In this document: positions 7,372-16,466 of the stretch, piece after piece
Position numbering within the stretch: the stretch's first letter is position 1
Layout: every line of letters starts with the position of its first letter
Source of the DNA: Ktedonobacterales bacterium
GTDB lineage: Bacteria > Chloroflexota > Ktedonobacteria > Ktedonobacterales > JADMIN01
Direction: 5' to 3'
NCBI GenBank assembly: GCA_030167145.1
Contig: CP126532.1
Span: 4,890,001-4,922,000 of the forward strand
DNA length: 32,000 bases
Notes under the pieces: generated by a model
The model's database searches: none
Seen by the model: the letters and a program-made list of their open reading frames with translations, nothing else
What the model was told of the DNA's origin: nothing
Made by a program: the position numbers and the translations under genes

Positions 7372-7845
7372 CTATTGCCCATCATCCCCGCCAAATGGGC
7401 CACTCACCCGCGCCCCACCCCCACCAGACGCCGCCTGCCACCGCTGGTCCAGATACTCCTGCAGGATGATCGCCGCCGCCGCTGCGTCTATCCGCTCGCG
7501 CAACTTCTCTGGCCGCACTCCCGCCGCGCGTAGCTGCTCCTCCGCGCGCACCGTCGAGAGTGTCTCATCCGCGAATTCCAGCGGCACGGCCAGCATCGCG
7601 CGCAGTTTCTCCGCGAAACGCTGCACCGACCGCGCTTGCCCGTGCAACTGCCCATCGAAGCTCACCGGCAGCCCCACCACCACCTGCCCCGCGCCTGCCT
7701 CCGTCACCATCCGCGCGATAGCCGCCAGCGCCGTCGCATCCGACCGCCGCGTTACCACGCCGCGTGGCGTCGCCAGCAGTTCCGTCTCGTCGCTCACTGC
7801 CACGCCGATCCGCGCCTGCCCCACATCCAGCGCCAGGATCACCAT
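7372..7845 (-). CDS. ruvX: Putative pre-16S rRNA nuclease / Holliday junction resolvase-like RuvX (YqgF)
   Basis: MVILALDVGQARIGVAVSD....ATP is the YqgF signature. The ORF track starts at 7896, but the conserved N-terminus begins at the ATG at 7845. Confidence 0.85.
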   Translation of the reverse strand: MVILALDVGQARIGVAVSDETELLATPRGVVTRRSDATALAAIARMVTEAGAGQVVVGLPVSFDGQLHGQARSVQRFAEKLRAMLAVPLEFADETLSTVRAEEQLRAAGVRPEKLRERIDAAAAAIILQEYLDQRWQAASGGGGARVSGPFGGDDGQ

Positions 7846-7858
7846 ACTTGACTTCCTT

Positions 7859-8875
7859 CTACCGTCGCAAAGGCGCCAGCAACAGCGCCGGATCACCTGC
7901 CGCCACGCCTAGATTCCGCTCCAGTGTGGTGAGCGCCAGCGTCACCTGCCCCAGCCAGTGCTGTCGCGCCTCCTTCGGCGCATCTTGCTCGCGCGCCAGC
8001 AACGCCAGCAGCGCCAGCGCGATGCCCAGCGGCGCAACCGACGCGAAAATCTCTAGCCGCTGCTGTAACGTCTGGTCGCGCACATCGCGCATCCCGCCAC
8101 CATAGCTAGCGAGGAAGCGTGCCAACCGCTCTGCATCCAACTGCCCCGCCAGATATGCCAGCACCGCCGCCCGCCCTGTCTCGATAGCTGGATCGCCCAG
8201 TCCGAAATCCTGCCAGCCGTCCAGCGTCAGCCGCACGCCCTCCGCGCGCAGTAGCGCGGGCGCTAGATTCCCGTGGCACGGACGCCGCCGGATACCCTGC
8301 CAGAGCGTGCGATGCACCTCGATCCGCGCCGTCACGATGGCGTGCAGCCGCTTCAGCGCCTCCATCAGCGGACGATGCTCCGGGTCGCCGTATGCCGCCT
8401 GACACGCGATCCACGCCGTCTGATTCCGCTGCCACCAACTTGACGCATCGGGACTCATCGTAGACATCATTGGCACACTCTCCGGTGGCAAATGATGCAG
8501 CGACAGCATCAGAAAAAGCCAGCCTTCGATCTCCCCCTCTGTAAAGGGCCGCTCGCCAAGGTACGTCCCTGGGGACTGCTGATAGATCACCAGAGGTCCG
8601 CCCAGCGCCTCGCCGGACATATCCGCCAGCAACAACGTCGGCGCCAGCCCCACACCCCCTACCAGCCGCAGCCCCAGCGCCTCACGCCGCGCCGCATCCG
8701 CCGCGGACGCATCGTAGCGCTTCACCACGCATACCTCACCACGCATAGATTGCGTCCAAAAGCGCTGTCCGGCGAAATCCGCTGTCTCCTCGCGCACGTT
8801 CCACTGCCCGGCGGCGCGCGCTGCCGGGTGCGTCTCCAGAAACTGTTTTACTTGTGCGGCGGAGATCTCCGTCAT
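7859..8875 (-). CDS. Aminoglycoside/choline-kinase-like phosphotransferase-fold protein (APH family) with a divergent catalytic loop
   Basis: 338 aa. It has a beta-3 Lys context (VCVVKRY), a catalytic-loop region (CHGNLAPALL) and the downstream motif LDGWQDFGLGDPAIE. Confidence 0.6.
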   Translation of the reverse strand: MTEISAAQVKQFLETHPAARAAGQWNVREETADFAGQRFWTQSMRGEVCVVKRYDASAADAARREALGLRLVGGVGLAPTLLLADMSGEALGGPLVIYQQSPGTYLGERPFTEGEIEGWLFLMLSLHHLPPESVPMMSTMSPDASSWWQRNQTAWIACQAAYGDPEHRPLMEALKRLHAIVTARIEVHRTLWQGIRRRPCHGNLAPALLRAEGVRLTLDGWQDFGLGDPAIETGRAAVLAYLAGQLDAERLARFLASYGGGMRDVRDQTLQQRLEIFASVAPLGIALALLALLAREQDAPKEARQHWLGQVTLALTTLERNLGVAAGDPALLLAPLRR

Positions 8876-9020
8876 GTCACATCATCCCGAGCAATAAACT
8901 TCACACCACGGCATCATATCAGCTACATCATAGCGAAACCCTTGGTGGGGCGGACATTCCTGCCTGCCACCAATTGCCGCCCTGACGTTACAGTCCCACC
9001 GACGTCGCGGACAAACGGAA

Positions 9021-9045
9021 GGGGCGCGAACGGCGCCCGCGCCCC
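9021..9045 (-). terminator. Candidate intrinsic terminator of the 9077-9445 gene
   Basis: The hairpin is GGGGCGCG-N9-CGCGCCCC. On the minus strand it is followed by TTCCGTTTGT. Confidence 0.5.
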
Positions 9046-9076
9046 TCATCTCAGGTGTAGTGTACGACACGAGCGG

Positions 9077-9445
9077 CTAATTCACCCACTCGTCCGAATT
9101 CGCGTCGCGCAGGCGCACCGTCGCATTTGCTGGCCGCGCCGCCCGCTGCTGCATCGTTGTGCCAGTGGCGCCGCTCCGGCTGCGCTCGAAATAGCTCGGC
9201 AAGAACAGCACAGCAAAGATGAACACCCCCGCGCCGATGATCACATCTTGCGGATGCAAGAATGGATGACTAATCCTGACCGACTTGCCGATTAGCACCC
9301 CCGCTACCGCCAGCAGGCTGACACACCCCGCCAGCACTCGCACCAACGCCACCACTGGCTGCTTCCGCCGCGCCATCGCGATACCCAAATTGACGATGCC
9401 CGCGATAATGCCGAGCGTCAGAATGATATACCAGAAGAGATTCAC
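9077..9445 (-). CDS. Small integral membrane protein, function unknown
   Basis: 122 aa with three hydrophobic helices (MNLFWYIILTLGIIAGIVNLGIA..., LAGCVSLLAVAGVLIG, IIGAGVFIFAVLFL). Confidence 0.6.
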   Translation of the reverse strand: MNLFWYIILTLGIIAGIVNLGIAMARRKQPVVALVRVLAGCVSLLAVAGVLIGKSVRISHPFLHPQDVIIGAGVFIFAVLFLPSYFERSRSGATGTTMQQRAARPANATVRLRDANSDEWVN

Positions 9446-9683
9446 GTATCGCTCCCCTCGCTATTGCTGGCGCGTGATCCGGCTCCCCATCGCTGCCGCG
9501 ACCCGCTATCTATGGCAATCCCTACCCTGTCTGTACCCTCGCCGCCGAGCAGCCAGGAAAGAGACCATGCGACACGCTCGCGTTTCGCAGTCTACCATAC
9601 CCCTTCCGCTCTGGTCATCCCGCGCGCCTCCCCGTAGGACTTTTTGACGCATCCACTCAACAGTCCGCTACACCCTCTCCTAC

Positions 9684-9712
9684 TTCTCAATCCCTTCATC
9701 GCCTGCTATGAT
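9684..9712 (+). promoter_or_regulatory. Weak candidate promoter in the long divergent intergenic region
   Basis: TTCTCA, a 17-nt spacer, then TATGAT, followed by ATACT. Confidence 0.3.
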
Positions 9713-10022
9713 ATACTCCATACCAGAACGGCGCTGCGCCGCAGCGCGCCAACCGCACTGCCTGGCGTGGTGCTGTGTCTGTACGGGCAGATGGTGTGTC
9801 GTTGATTGGACTTGGCGCGATCTCTCTTGGGCGCACGTTTGGCCTACGCCGATGCGCCTGCCACCCTCCCTCGCCTCGCCATCATATCAGCCTATAATTC
9901 CTGTTTTAGGTGACAGCACGGACGAGATAGCGTATCCTGTCTACCGGCGCATACCGCGAGCGAGTGCCCGCCGCGCCGGTCAACTGCGCGCTCGACGAGA
10001 GAAGTGTACGTAGCCGTTTCAG

Positions 10023-12944
10023 ATGGGGAGCAGCAGCATGAACAGGAGAGGTTCGTCTGGCGACTGGGACGACGCCAGAGATTCCTACGGGCCTCGCTCC
10101 GCGCGTGGTGGCCCCCAGGATAGCGGGCGACGCCGCAATGATGGCCGTGGCGATGGTCGTGGCCGCTCGCGTCTTAGCAGTTCTCAAGTCGCAGCGGCGC
10201 TGCGCGAAGCCCAGCAGTTGCAACAAGAAGGTCAGCTTGGCGACGCCATTCAGATTTGCGAAGAACTTCAAGACAGCGGCGTAGACCGTAGCGATGTGCA
10301 TTACTTCCTCGGCTGGCTGTACCAGGAAACCGACCGGTGGCACGAGGCCGCGCGCCAATTCGAGACACTCATTGAAGATCCCGAATATGCCCTTTCCTGC
10401 TACTACGCGCTCGGCCAGTGCTATCGCGCCCAGGGCGATATTCAGCAGGCTGCGCGCTTCTTCGACGAAGCCGTAGACCGCGTCAACCTCGATGCGCTCA
10501 CCCGCGACGAAGCCGACCAGTTGATTCAGCTCTGCCAGGAAGCCGCCGAGGCCCATCGCGAGATGAACGACAACGAAGGCGCTGAAACGGTCTACACCGC
10601 GCTGCTCGGGTTTCTCCGCAGCCAGGGCTGGCAAGACCGCGTCTCCGAAGTCGAACGCCTCATGCGTGAGACCCTTGGCGCTGCTCCGCCGCCCCGCCGC
10701 CGCAAAACCGCCGACGCCTCTCGCCCCGTCGGACGCAACATCCCGCAGCGTGCCACCCTTGGCGCTGGCCCCGGCCGCAGCGGCGTCGCCAACCCTGTGC
10801 CTGGTATGAACGGCACCGGCGCAATGCCCATCCCTGGTGGGACCGCTGGGCGCATTCCAGTTCCTGGCGATGTGCTGTCATCCCCACCTGGAATGGGCGC
10901 CTTGCCTGATCCCGGCTTCGGGATGCCCGATGGCGGCTCCTTCGGCGCTGGCCAGATGAACGGCGCGGGCATGGGCGGCGCGGCGGCGTATTATTCTTCT
11001 TCACTTCCGCCGATGGCCCCCGGCGACCAGCTTGCCGCTCTGCTGCACAACCTCAGTGGCGCGATGAACGGCGCGCGTTCCGCCATCGGCTCGCTGCCAG
11101 AGCCGCAGCGCAGCCGCGTCGCCGACGCCGTCCGCAACATCGAAAACTACGTCGCCCACGGCCTGCTTCAGGCTGCCATCGAAGAATGCCTGCGCGTCAC
11201 TGAACTTGCTCCGCAATATCTTGACGTCCATCTCATGCTTGCCGAAATCTACGTGCGCCAGGGCAAGATGGAGCAGGCAGCCGCCAAGTATGCCGTCCTG
11301 GTGGACAGCTATCTGATGCAGAACCGGCTTGATGACGCCATCGCCACCTTCCGACGCATCCTCCAACTTGAGCCAAACAACCTTAACTACCGCGCCAAGC
11401 TCATCGAACTGCTTAGCCGCCAGGGCCGCCTCGACGAAGTGCTCGCCGAACGCCTCGCCGCCGCCGATACCTACCTACGCCTCGGCTACACTGACCGCGC
11501 CATCCAGGAATACGAGCAGGCGCTGCTCGCCAGCCCTAATAGCATCCAGGTTCGCGTCAACTACGCCCGCGCCCTGATGAAAGCGGGCCGCGCCCCGCAG
11601 GCCATCGGCGAATATCAGCGCATCTTGCAGGTTGACCCCAACAACGTCAACGCGCTCTGCCAGTGGCAGATCGGTATGGCCACCGGCATCGGCATCGTTC
11701 CCCCCATGGGCGTCAGCATGCCCGGCGCCGTCGCCAGCCGCACCGCTGCCCTCGAAGCTCTCGGCCGTTTACTCCGCGCGCTCCGCGCCACTCAGTTACT
11801 CGGCTATGACGAGGTTGTACACGAGTATGCGCAGGCTCTCGAAGCCAACCCCACCAACGTTGACCTGCGCTATGCCCTCGCCACCATCCAGATGAACGCT
11901 GGGCGTCACCAGGATGCCGTCACTAGCTTCCAGCAGGCCGCGCTCGGCTCCGGCATGGAAGTTCTCGCTCGCTATGGCGCGGGCCAGTCCTTGCTCCTCG
12001 CAGGCGACCCCGTCAGCGCCTCTCAGTCCGTCCGCGAACTAGAAGAAGCCGCCGCCGCCGCCCGCCGCTCCCCACCAGACCCTGCCGTGTGGGCCGCGCG
12101 TCCGCGTCTTGAAGGTGAAGAGCATCTCTCCCCCGAAATCGAAGTCGCGCAGTTGCTGGCCAAAGCCTATCAGGCCTCCGGTCAGGTCGCGCAGATGCAA
12201 TCCATCCAGCAGGTCGTCTCTCAGCAACGCGCCGTCAGCGACGAAGTCTATCAGGCCCTCGCCGCCATTGCCGCACGCCAGCTTGATCCCCAGACCGCGC
12301 TTCAGGAATATGGCCAGCTAGCCAAACACTACCGTTCCGCCCGCCAGGTTGAGAGCGCCGTTTCCGTCCTACGCGAGATGGCTCGTCTCTCTCCCGATGA
12401 CCCTGCTGTTCATAGCGAAATGGCCGACATCCAAGCCTCACGCGGCATGCTCGACGAAGCTCTTGCCGAGATGCGCACCCTCGCCGACATCCACACCCGA
12501 CGTGGCCAGCTTCGCGAGGCTGCGCAGGTGTACCAGCGCATGGCCGACATCTGCTGGGGCAGCGGCGAGCAGCCCGAGGCGCTCAACCTGCTGCGCCAGG
12601 CCATGCAATACTCTACTGATGACATGTCGCTCCGCCAGCAGTTCGTGCAGTACTGCCTCGAAACCGGACGCACCAGCGAAGCTTCCGAGCAGCAGATCGT
12701 CATCGCCCGCTTCTACTTTGCCAGTCGCCAGACTAAAGAAGCCGTCGCCGCGCTGCAACAACTCATCGGCATGGAGCCACATAACTACGAGGCCTACGAT
12801 TTGCTTGGCCAGACCTACTACTCCGTCGGCGAATATGAACAGGCTGCCCGTGTCTATCGCAACCTTGCCAAAGTCAACCCCAACAGCCAGATGGCACGGG
12901 CGCGACTCCAAGAATTGCAAAGCGTTCGCGGCCAAATGCGCTAG
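10023..12944 (+). CDS. Large TPR-repeat protein with an Arg/Gly-rich N-terminus and a Gly/Pro/Met-rich low-complexity linker
   Basis: 973 aa. It has many 34-aa TPR-like units (for example AIATFRRILQLEPNNLNYRAKLIELL, AIGEYQRILQVDPNNVNAL, AARVYRNLAKVNPNSQMA). An alternative start at ATG 10038 has a better SD (GGGGAG). Confidence 0.8.
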   Translation: MGSSSMNRRGSSGDWDDARDSYGPRSARGGPQDSGRRRNDGRGDGRGRSRLSSSQVAAALREAQQLQQEGQLGDAIQICEELQDSGVDRSDVHYFLGWLYQETDRWHEAARQFETLIEDPEYALSCYYALGQCYRAQGDIQQAARFFDEAVDRVNLDALTRDEADQLIQLCQEAAEAHREMNDNEGAETVYTALLGFLRSQGWQDRVSEVERLMRETLGAAPPPRRRKTADASRPVGRNIPQRATLGAGPGRSGVANPVPGMNGTGAMPIPGGTAGRIPVPGDVLSSPPGMGALPDPGFGMPDGGSFGAGQMNGAGMGGAAAYYSSSLPPMAPGDQLAALLHNLSGAMNGARSAIGSLPEPQRSRVADAVRNIENYVAHGLLQAAIEECLRVTELAPQYLDVHLMLAEIYVRQGKMEQAAAKYAVLVDSYLMQNRLDDAIATFRRILQLEPNNLNYRAKLIELLSRQGRLDEVLAERLAAADTYLRLGYTDRAIQEYEQALLASPNSIQVRVNYARALMKAGRAPQAIGEYQRILQVDPNNVNALCQWQIGMATGIGIVPPMGVSMPGAVASRTAALEALGRLLRALRATQLLGYDEVVHEYAQALEANPTNVDLRYALATIQMNAGRHQDAVTSFQQAALGSGMEVLARYGAGQSLLLAGDPVSASQSVRELEEAAAAARRSPPDPAVWAARPRLEGEEHLSPEIEVAQLLAKAYQASGQVAQMQSIQQVVSQQRAVSDEVYQALAAIAARQLDPQTALQEYGQLAKHYRSARQVESAVSVLREMARLSPDDPAVHSEMADIQASRGMLDEALAEMRTLADIHTRRGQLREAAQVYQRMADICWGSGEQPEALNLLRQAMQYSTDDMSLRQQFVQYCLETGRTSEASEQQIVIARFYFASRQTKEAVAALQQLIGMEPHNYEAYDLLGQTYYSVGEYEQAARVYRNLAKVNPNSQMARARLQELQSVRGQMR

Positions 12945-13083
12945 GGTGTGCTATCCTGGCGGAGAAACCTATCACCTTTCAGCTCGTGACACCACTTCCA
13001 GCCTCTTGCCGGATTTGGTATCATAGTCGGGGTAGACGGCTACCACACCTGTTCCAAACTCCTCGCGTATAAAGGGTACTCAT

Positions 13084-13506
13084 GTGTTAGGGCGCATCTT
13101 CATCACTGGCGCGCTGAAAAACGGCTCAGCGGATCGCGCGGGCATCTACAAGTCCCTCGTCGAAACCTGTTCGCGCTACTCGCAGCAGATCTACTCCCCA
13201 CTGGATAGCCTCGCCTTCCAGAACATGCGCACCGACCTCTATCGCTCCATGATCTTCGCCGCCGTTGCACGCGCGAACCTGCTTATCGCCGAATGCAGCG
13301 TGCCATCGCTCGACACTGGCATGGAGATCCAGGAAGCCGTACGCATCAACGTCCCCATGATCGTCGTTGCCGAGGCCGGTACAACTATCTCCAAGCTCGT
13401 CCAGGGCAGCACCAACATCCGTCAGATCATCTACTACGCCAACCTTGACGATCTCAAATATCCCCTCGCTCAGGAGCTTGAAGACTTCATCGCCGAGCGC
13501 GCCTGA
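13084..13506 (+). CDS. Small Rossmann-like protein, possibly of the nucleoside 2-deoxyribosyltransferase-like (NDT/DNPH1-like) superfamily
   Basis: 140 aa with a GTG start after AAGGG. RIFITGAL... and LLIAECSVPSLDTGMEIQEAVRINVPMIVV resemble the NDT-like core by eye only. Confidence 0.4.
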   Translation: MLGRIFITGALKNGSADRAGIYKSLVETCSRYSQQIYSPLDSLAFQNMRTDLYRSMIFAAVARANLLIAECSVPSLDTGMEIQEAVRINVPMIVVAEAGTTISKLVQGSTNIRQIIYYANLDDLKYPLAQELEDFIAERA

Positions 13507-13610
13507 CAACCGTCCTTAATTTGCCGGCCAGAACTCTAGCACATGCCTGAGTTACCGGAGTTGGTCAGGTCGTTTCCGTAAAGGCATCTCATCATCAAAC
13601 TGGAGATGTT

Positions 13611-14012
13611 ATGACTCAGACCACCGTACCGCTATTATCTACCTCTCGATCTAGCCGCTTAATGATTGCAAGCGCCGTCTTTGGCTTCACTGCAGCTACG
13701 CTGGCGCTTCCGGTCGTGGCCTCAATATGTATCCCTATGTTTGGTGGACCATTTCTTCCCAATAGCGTCGTCAGCTTCTTCCTTCCTTTCACCGATGCGC
13801 TCTATCTGCTAGCGCTTCTCAGCTATATCCTGGCGTTGATCTCAGTGATACTCGGTGGGCTTGCGACTGGTCAGGCCAAGCGACAAGGAAGGTGCTTCAG
13901 AGGCGCTAGCTTTGCCGGGTTCGTTCTTGGCTCATGCCTTGCTGGTGTGTATAGTATGGCGCTTCTCTGCGGCATTGTGTTTACCATCATGTATTCCAAC
14001 GCCTACATGTAA
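13611..14012 (+). CDS. Small multi-pass membrane protein, function unknown
   Basis: 133 aa with about four hydrophobic helices. The SD TGGAGA lies 4 nt upstream. It is visibly less GC-rich than its neighbours. Confidence 0.6.
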   Translation: MTQTTVPLLSTSRSSRLMIASAVFGFTAATLALPVVASICIPMFGGPFLPNSVVSFFLPFTDALYLLALLSYILALISVILGGLATGQAKRQGRCFRGASFAGFVLGSCLAGVYSMALLCGIVFTIMYSNAYM

Positions 14013-14078
14013 CGAACCTTTGTATCGTACACTAGAGAATGAAGCGCGCTTTTCTCCCCAGAAGGATACTTCCTATTC

Positions 14079-16061
14079 ATGAGTTGCATCGGCACCGCTG
14101 GGCATGTGGACCACGGCAAATCCACCCTCGTCACCGCCCTCACCGGCATTGACCCCGACCGCCTCGCCGAAGAAAAAGCCCGTGGTATGACCATTGACCT
14201 CGGCTTCGCCTGGCTCACCCTCCCCAGCGGACGCGAAGCCAGCATCGTAGACGTGCCTGGCCACGAAGCCTTCATCAAGAACATGCTCGCGGGGGTCGGC
14301 GGCATAGATGTCGCCTTGCTCGTCGTCGCTGCCGATGAAGGCATCATGCCCCAAACCGACGAGCATCTCACCATTCTCGATCTGTTGCGCGTCCAATCCG
14401 GTGTCGTCGCGCTTACCAAATGTGATCTTGTCGAAGACGACTGGCTCGCGCTCGTCCGTGAAGAAATCGCCGAACGCCTTAAATCCACCACGCTGGCCAG
14501 CGCCCCCATCATTCCTTGTTCCGCCGTCACTCGCGCTGGACTGCCCGAACTCCTCGCCGCGCTTGACTCCGCGCTCGACGCCGCTCCAGGCCGCCGCGAT
14601 CTCCAGCGCCCGCGCCTGCCCATTGACCGCGTCTTCACCATCTCTGGCTTCGGCGCCGTCGTCACCGGCACGCTGCAAGATGGCATGCTCCATACTGGCC
14701 AGGAAGTGGAGATTGCGCCCCACGCCCGCCGTGCGCGCATTCGCGGCCTGCAAACCCACAAACACACCGTCGCAGCAGGCCTCCCCGGCGGGCGTCTCGC
14801 CGTCAACCTCACCGGCGTTGCCACAAGCGACCTCCAGCGCGGTGATGTCCTGGCGCTCCCTGGCACACTCCGCCCCACTTACGCCATTGATGTCCAGCTT
14901 GAGCTCGCCGCGAACACTCCCCGTCCCCTCGCTCACAACAGCGAAGTCGAGGTCTTCGCGGGCGCGGCGCAGACCGCCGCACGCGTACTTCTCCTCGACC
15001 GCGACGAACTTGCCGCTGGCGCCACCGGTTGGGCGCAGCTTCGCCTCACGCATCCTCTCGCCATTCTGCGCGGCGACCGCTTCATCGTCCGCAGCCCTTC
15101 GCCCAGTCTCACCATTGGTGGAGGCGCTATTGTCGAGCCGTTCGCCCGCCGTCACCGTAGACACGATTCAGCCGTGCTCGCTCGCCTCGCCATCCTCGCT
15201 CGCGGCGACCCCGAAGATATCCTTCTGACGGCCCTGCGCCCTGATGCCACTCACACCCGCAGCCAATCCACCGCCTACGGCGCGCGTTCCTCTGACGAAC
15301 TCAGCGCTCTCACGGGCCTTCCGACTGAAGATGTCACCACCGCGCTCGCCGACCTCATCGCGCGCAGTCGCGTCGTGCGGATCGGCAATGTCCTTTATGC
15401 CACCGACCAGTGGCAGCGCCTGCAAGATGACGCCGTCGCGCTGCTGGACCGCTACCACCAGCAATATCCCCTCCGCCCTGGCATGCTCCGCGAAGAATGG
15501 CGCGCTCGCCTGGGCCTCTCTCCGCGCAACGCCGCCGCCGCGCTCGCCGCTCTCGTCACAGCGGGCCACCTCGCCGACAGCGCTGACGCCGCCACCAGCG
15601 TCAGCCTGCCGCAAGGTTCCTCCGTCCGGCTTTCCGGCCACATACCAACCTTCACCCCAGAGCAAGAACACGCCGTCGCCGAGCTGCTCCAGCGCTTTCG
15701 TGCCGCCCCTTTTAGTCCGCCCACCCGCAGCGAAGCCGAGCAACTCGTAGGCATAGAGGTCACCGCCGCGTTGATTGAGCGCGGCATACTGCTGAAAATC
15801 AGCGACACTCTGCTGCTCGAACCAGCCGCCCGCGATCAAGCCATCCAACGTATCCTCGCTCACTTCGCCACGCACGAAACCCTCACCGTCGCCGAAGCTC
15901 GCGACCTTCTTGGCGTTACCCGCAAATATACTCTGCCCATCCTCGAATACTGCGACGATCATCACATCACCCAGCGTCGCGGCGATGACCGCACCCTCGA
16001 CCCCCGTGCGCCCACCGCTCTCTCCCTCGCCGCCTCGGACGAGTTTCCGCCACAGCATTGA
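14079..16061 (+). CDS. selB: Selenocysteine-specific translation elongation factor SelB
   Basis: 660 aa. The G-domain reads GTAGHVDHGKSTLVTALTGIDPDRLAEEKARGMTIDLGFAW, DVPGHEAF and TKCDLV. The C-terminal winged-helix tail reads LTVAEARDLLGVTRKYTLPILEYCDDHHITQRRGDDR. Confidence 0.9.
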   Translation: MSCIGTAGHVDHGKSTLVTALTGIDPDRLAEEKARGMTIDLGFAWLTLPSGREASIVDVPGHEAFIKNMLAGVGGIDVALLVVAADEGIMPQTDEHLTILDLLRVQSGVVALTKCDLVEDDWLALVREEIAERLKSTTLASAPIIPCSAVTRAGLPELLAALDSALDAAPGRRDLQRPRLPIDRVFTISGFGAVVTGTLQDGMLHTGQEVEIAPHARRARIRGLQTHKHTVAAGLPGGRLAVNLTGVATSDLQRGDVLALPGTLRPTYAIDVQLELAANTPRPLAHNSEVEVFAGAAQTAARVLLLDRDELAAGATGWAQLRLTHPLAILRGDRFIVRSPSPSLTIGGGAIVEPFARRHRRHDSAVLARLAILARGDPEDILLTALRPDATHTRSQSTAYGARSSDELSALTGLPTEDVTTALADLIARSRVVRIGNVLYATDQWQRLQDDAVALLDRYHQQYPLRPGMLREEWRARLGLSPRNAAAALAALVTAGHLADSADAATSVSLPQGSSVRLSGHIPTFTPEQEHAVAELLQRFRAAPFSPPTRSEAEQLVGIEVTAALIERGILLKISDTLLLEPAARDQAIQRILAHFATHETLTVAEARDLLGVTRKYTLPILEYCDDHHITQRRGDDRTLDPRAPTALSLAASDEFPPQH

Positions 16062-16087
16062 CAGCGGCGGCTGGCCTATGATACGAT
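16058..16087 (+). promoter_or_regulatory. Candidate promoter for tRNA-Asp, with its -35 overlapping the selB stop codon
   Basis: A perfect TTGACA lies at 16058-16063 and contains the selB TGA. An 18-nt spacer leads to TACGAT at 16082-16087. An alternative TATGAT lies at 16077-16082. Confidence 0.4.
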
Positions 16088-16123
16088 TTTTTCTGCCGCG
16101 ACGAACACCAACGCCGCGACAGT

Positions 16124-16197
16124 GGACCCGTAGTGTAGCGGCCTAACACGCCGGCCTGTCACGCCGGAGACCGCGGGTTCGAATCCCGTCGGGTCCG
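16124..16197 (+). tRNA. tRNA-Asp (anticodon GUC)
   Basis: Hand-folded cloverleaf. The acceptor stem is GGACCCG/CGGGTCC and the D arm is GTGT-AGCGGCCTA-ACAC. The anticodon arm is CCGGC-CTGTCAC-GCCGG and the variable loop is 5 nt. The T arm is GCGGG-TTCGAAT-CCCGT and the discriminator is G. CCA is not encoded. Confidence 0.9.
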
Positions 16198-16206
16198 CCC
16201 CAAGCA

Positions 16207-16246
16207 GAAGGCGCAAGTGCGTAACAGACCAACGCCTTGCGCTTTC
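16207..16246 (+). terminator. Candidate intrinsic terminator after tRNA-Asp
   Basis: A long hairpin pairs GAAGGCGCAAG with CTTGCGCTTTC, with an inner GCGT/ACGC extension. It runs into the T-rich tail TTTCATCATTAT. Confidence 0.5.
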
Positions 16247-16466
16247 ATCATTATGTGATGCTTCACCTCTTCCCTCTGCTCATGCCACCTGAGCGCAGTG
16301 TAATAGCAGTATTCCCACAGTTGGTGGTGGTGTGGCGTACGTAGCAGGGGTTGGAGTGACTGCATGACCAATCCCGGCAATGCTGGCAAATGTCTCGTTA
16401 CCATCTATGTTCGCGACGATACGCTCACGCGATTGCTCCACGCCTTACCGCTCGACTTCCTCTTGA

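Noticed and set aside
8882-9070. 62-aa minus-strand ORF in the gap between the membrane-protein gene and the APH-like gene
   Set aside because: It has no SD and is Cys/Arg-rich low-complexity sequence. It also spans the terminator-like hairpin at 9021-9045. The gap is more simply a terminator plus promoter region.
16124-16197. tRNA-Sec (selC) immediately downstream of selB
   Set aside because: The tRNA is 74 nt with a 7-bp acceptor stem, a 5-nt variable loop and anticodon GTC. It is an ordinary tRNA-Asp and lacks the long-variable-arm 8/5 or 9/4 structure of tRNA-Sec.
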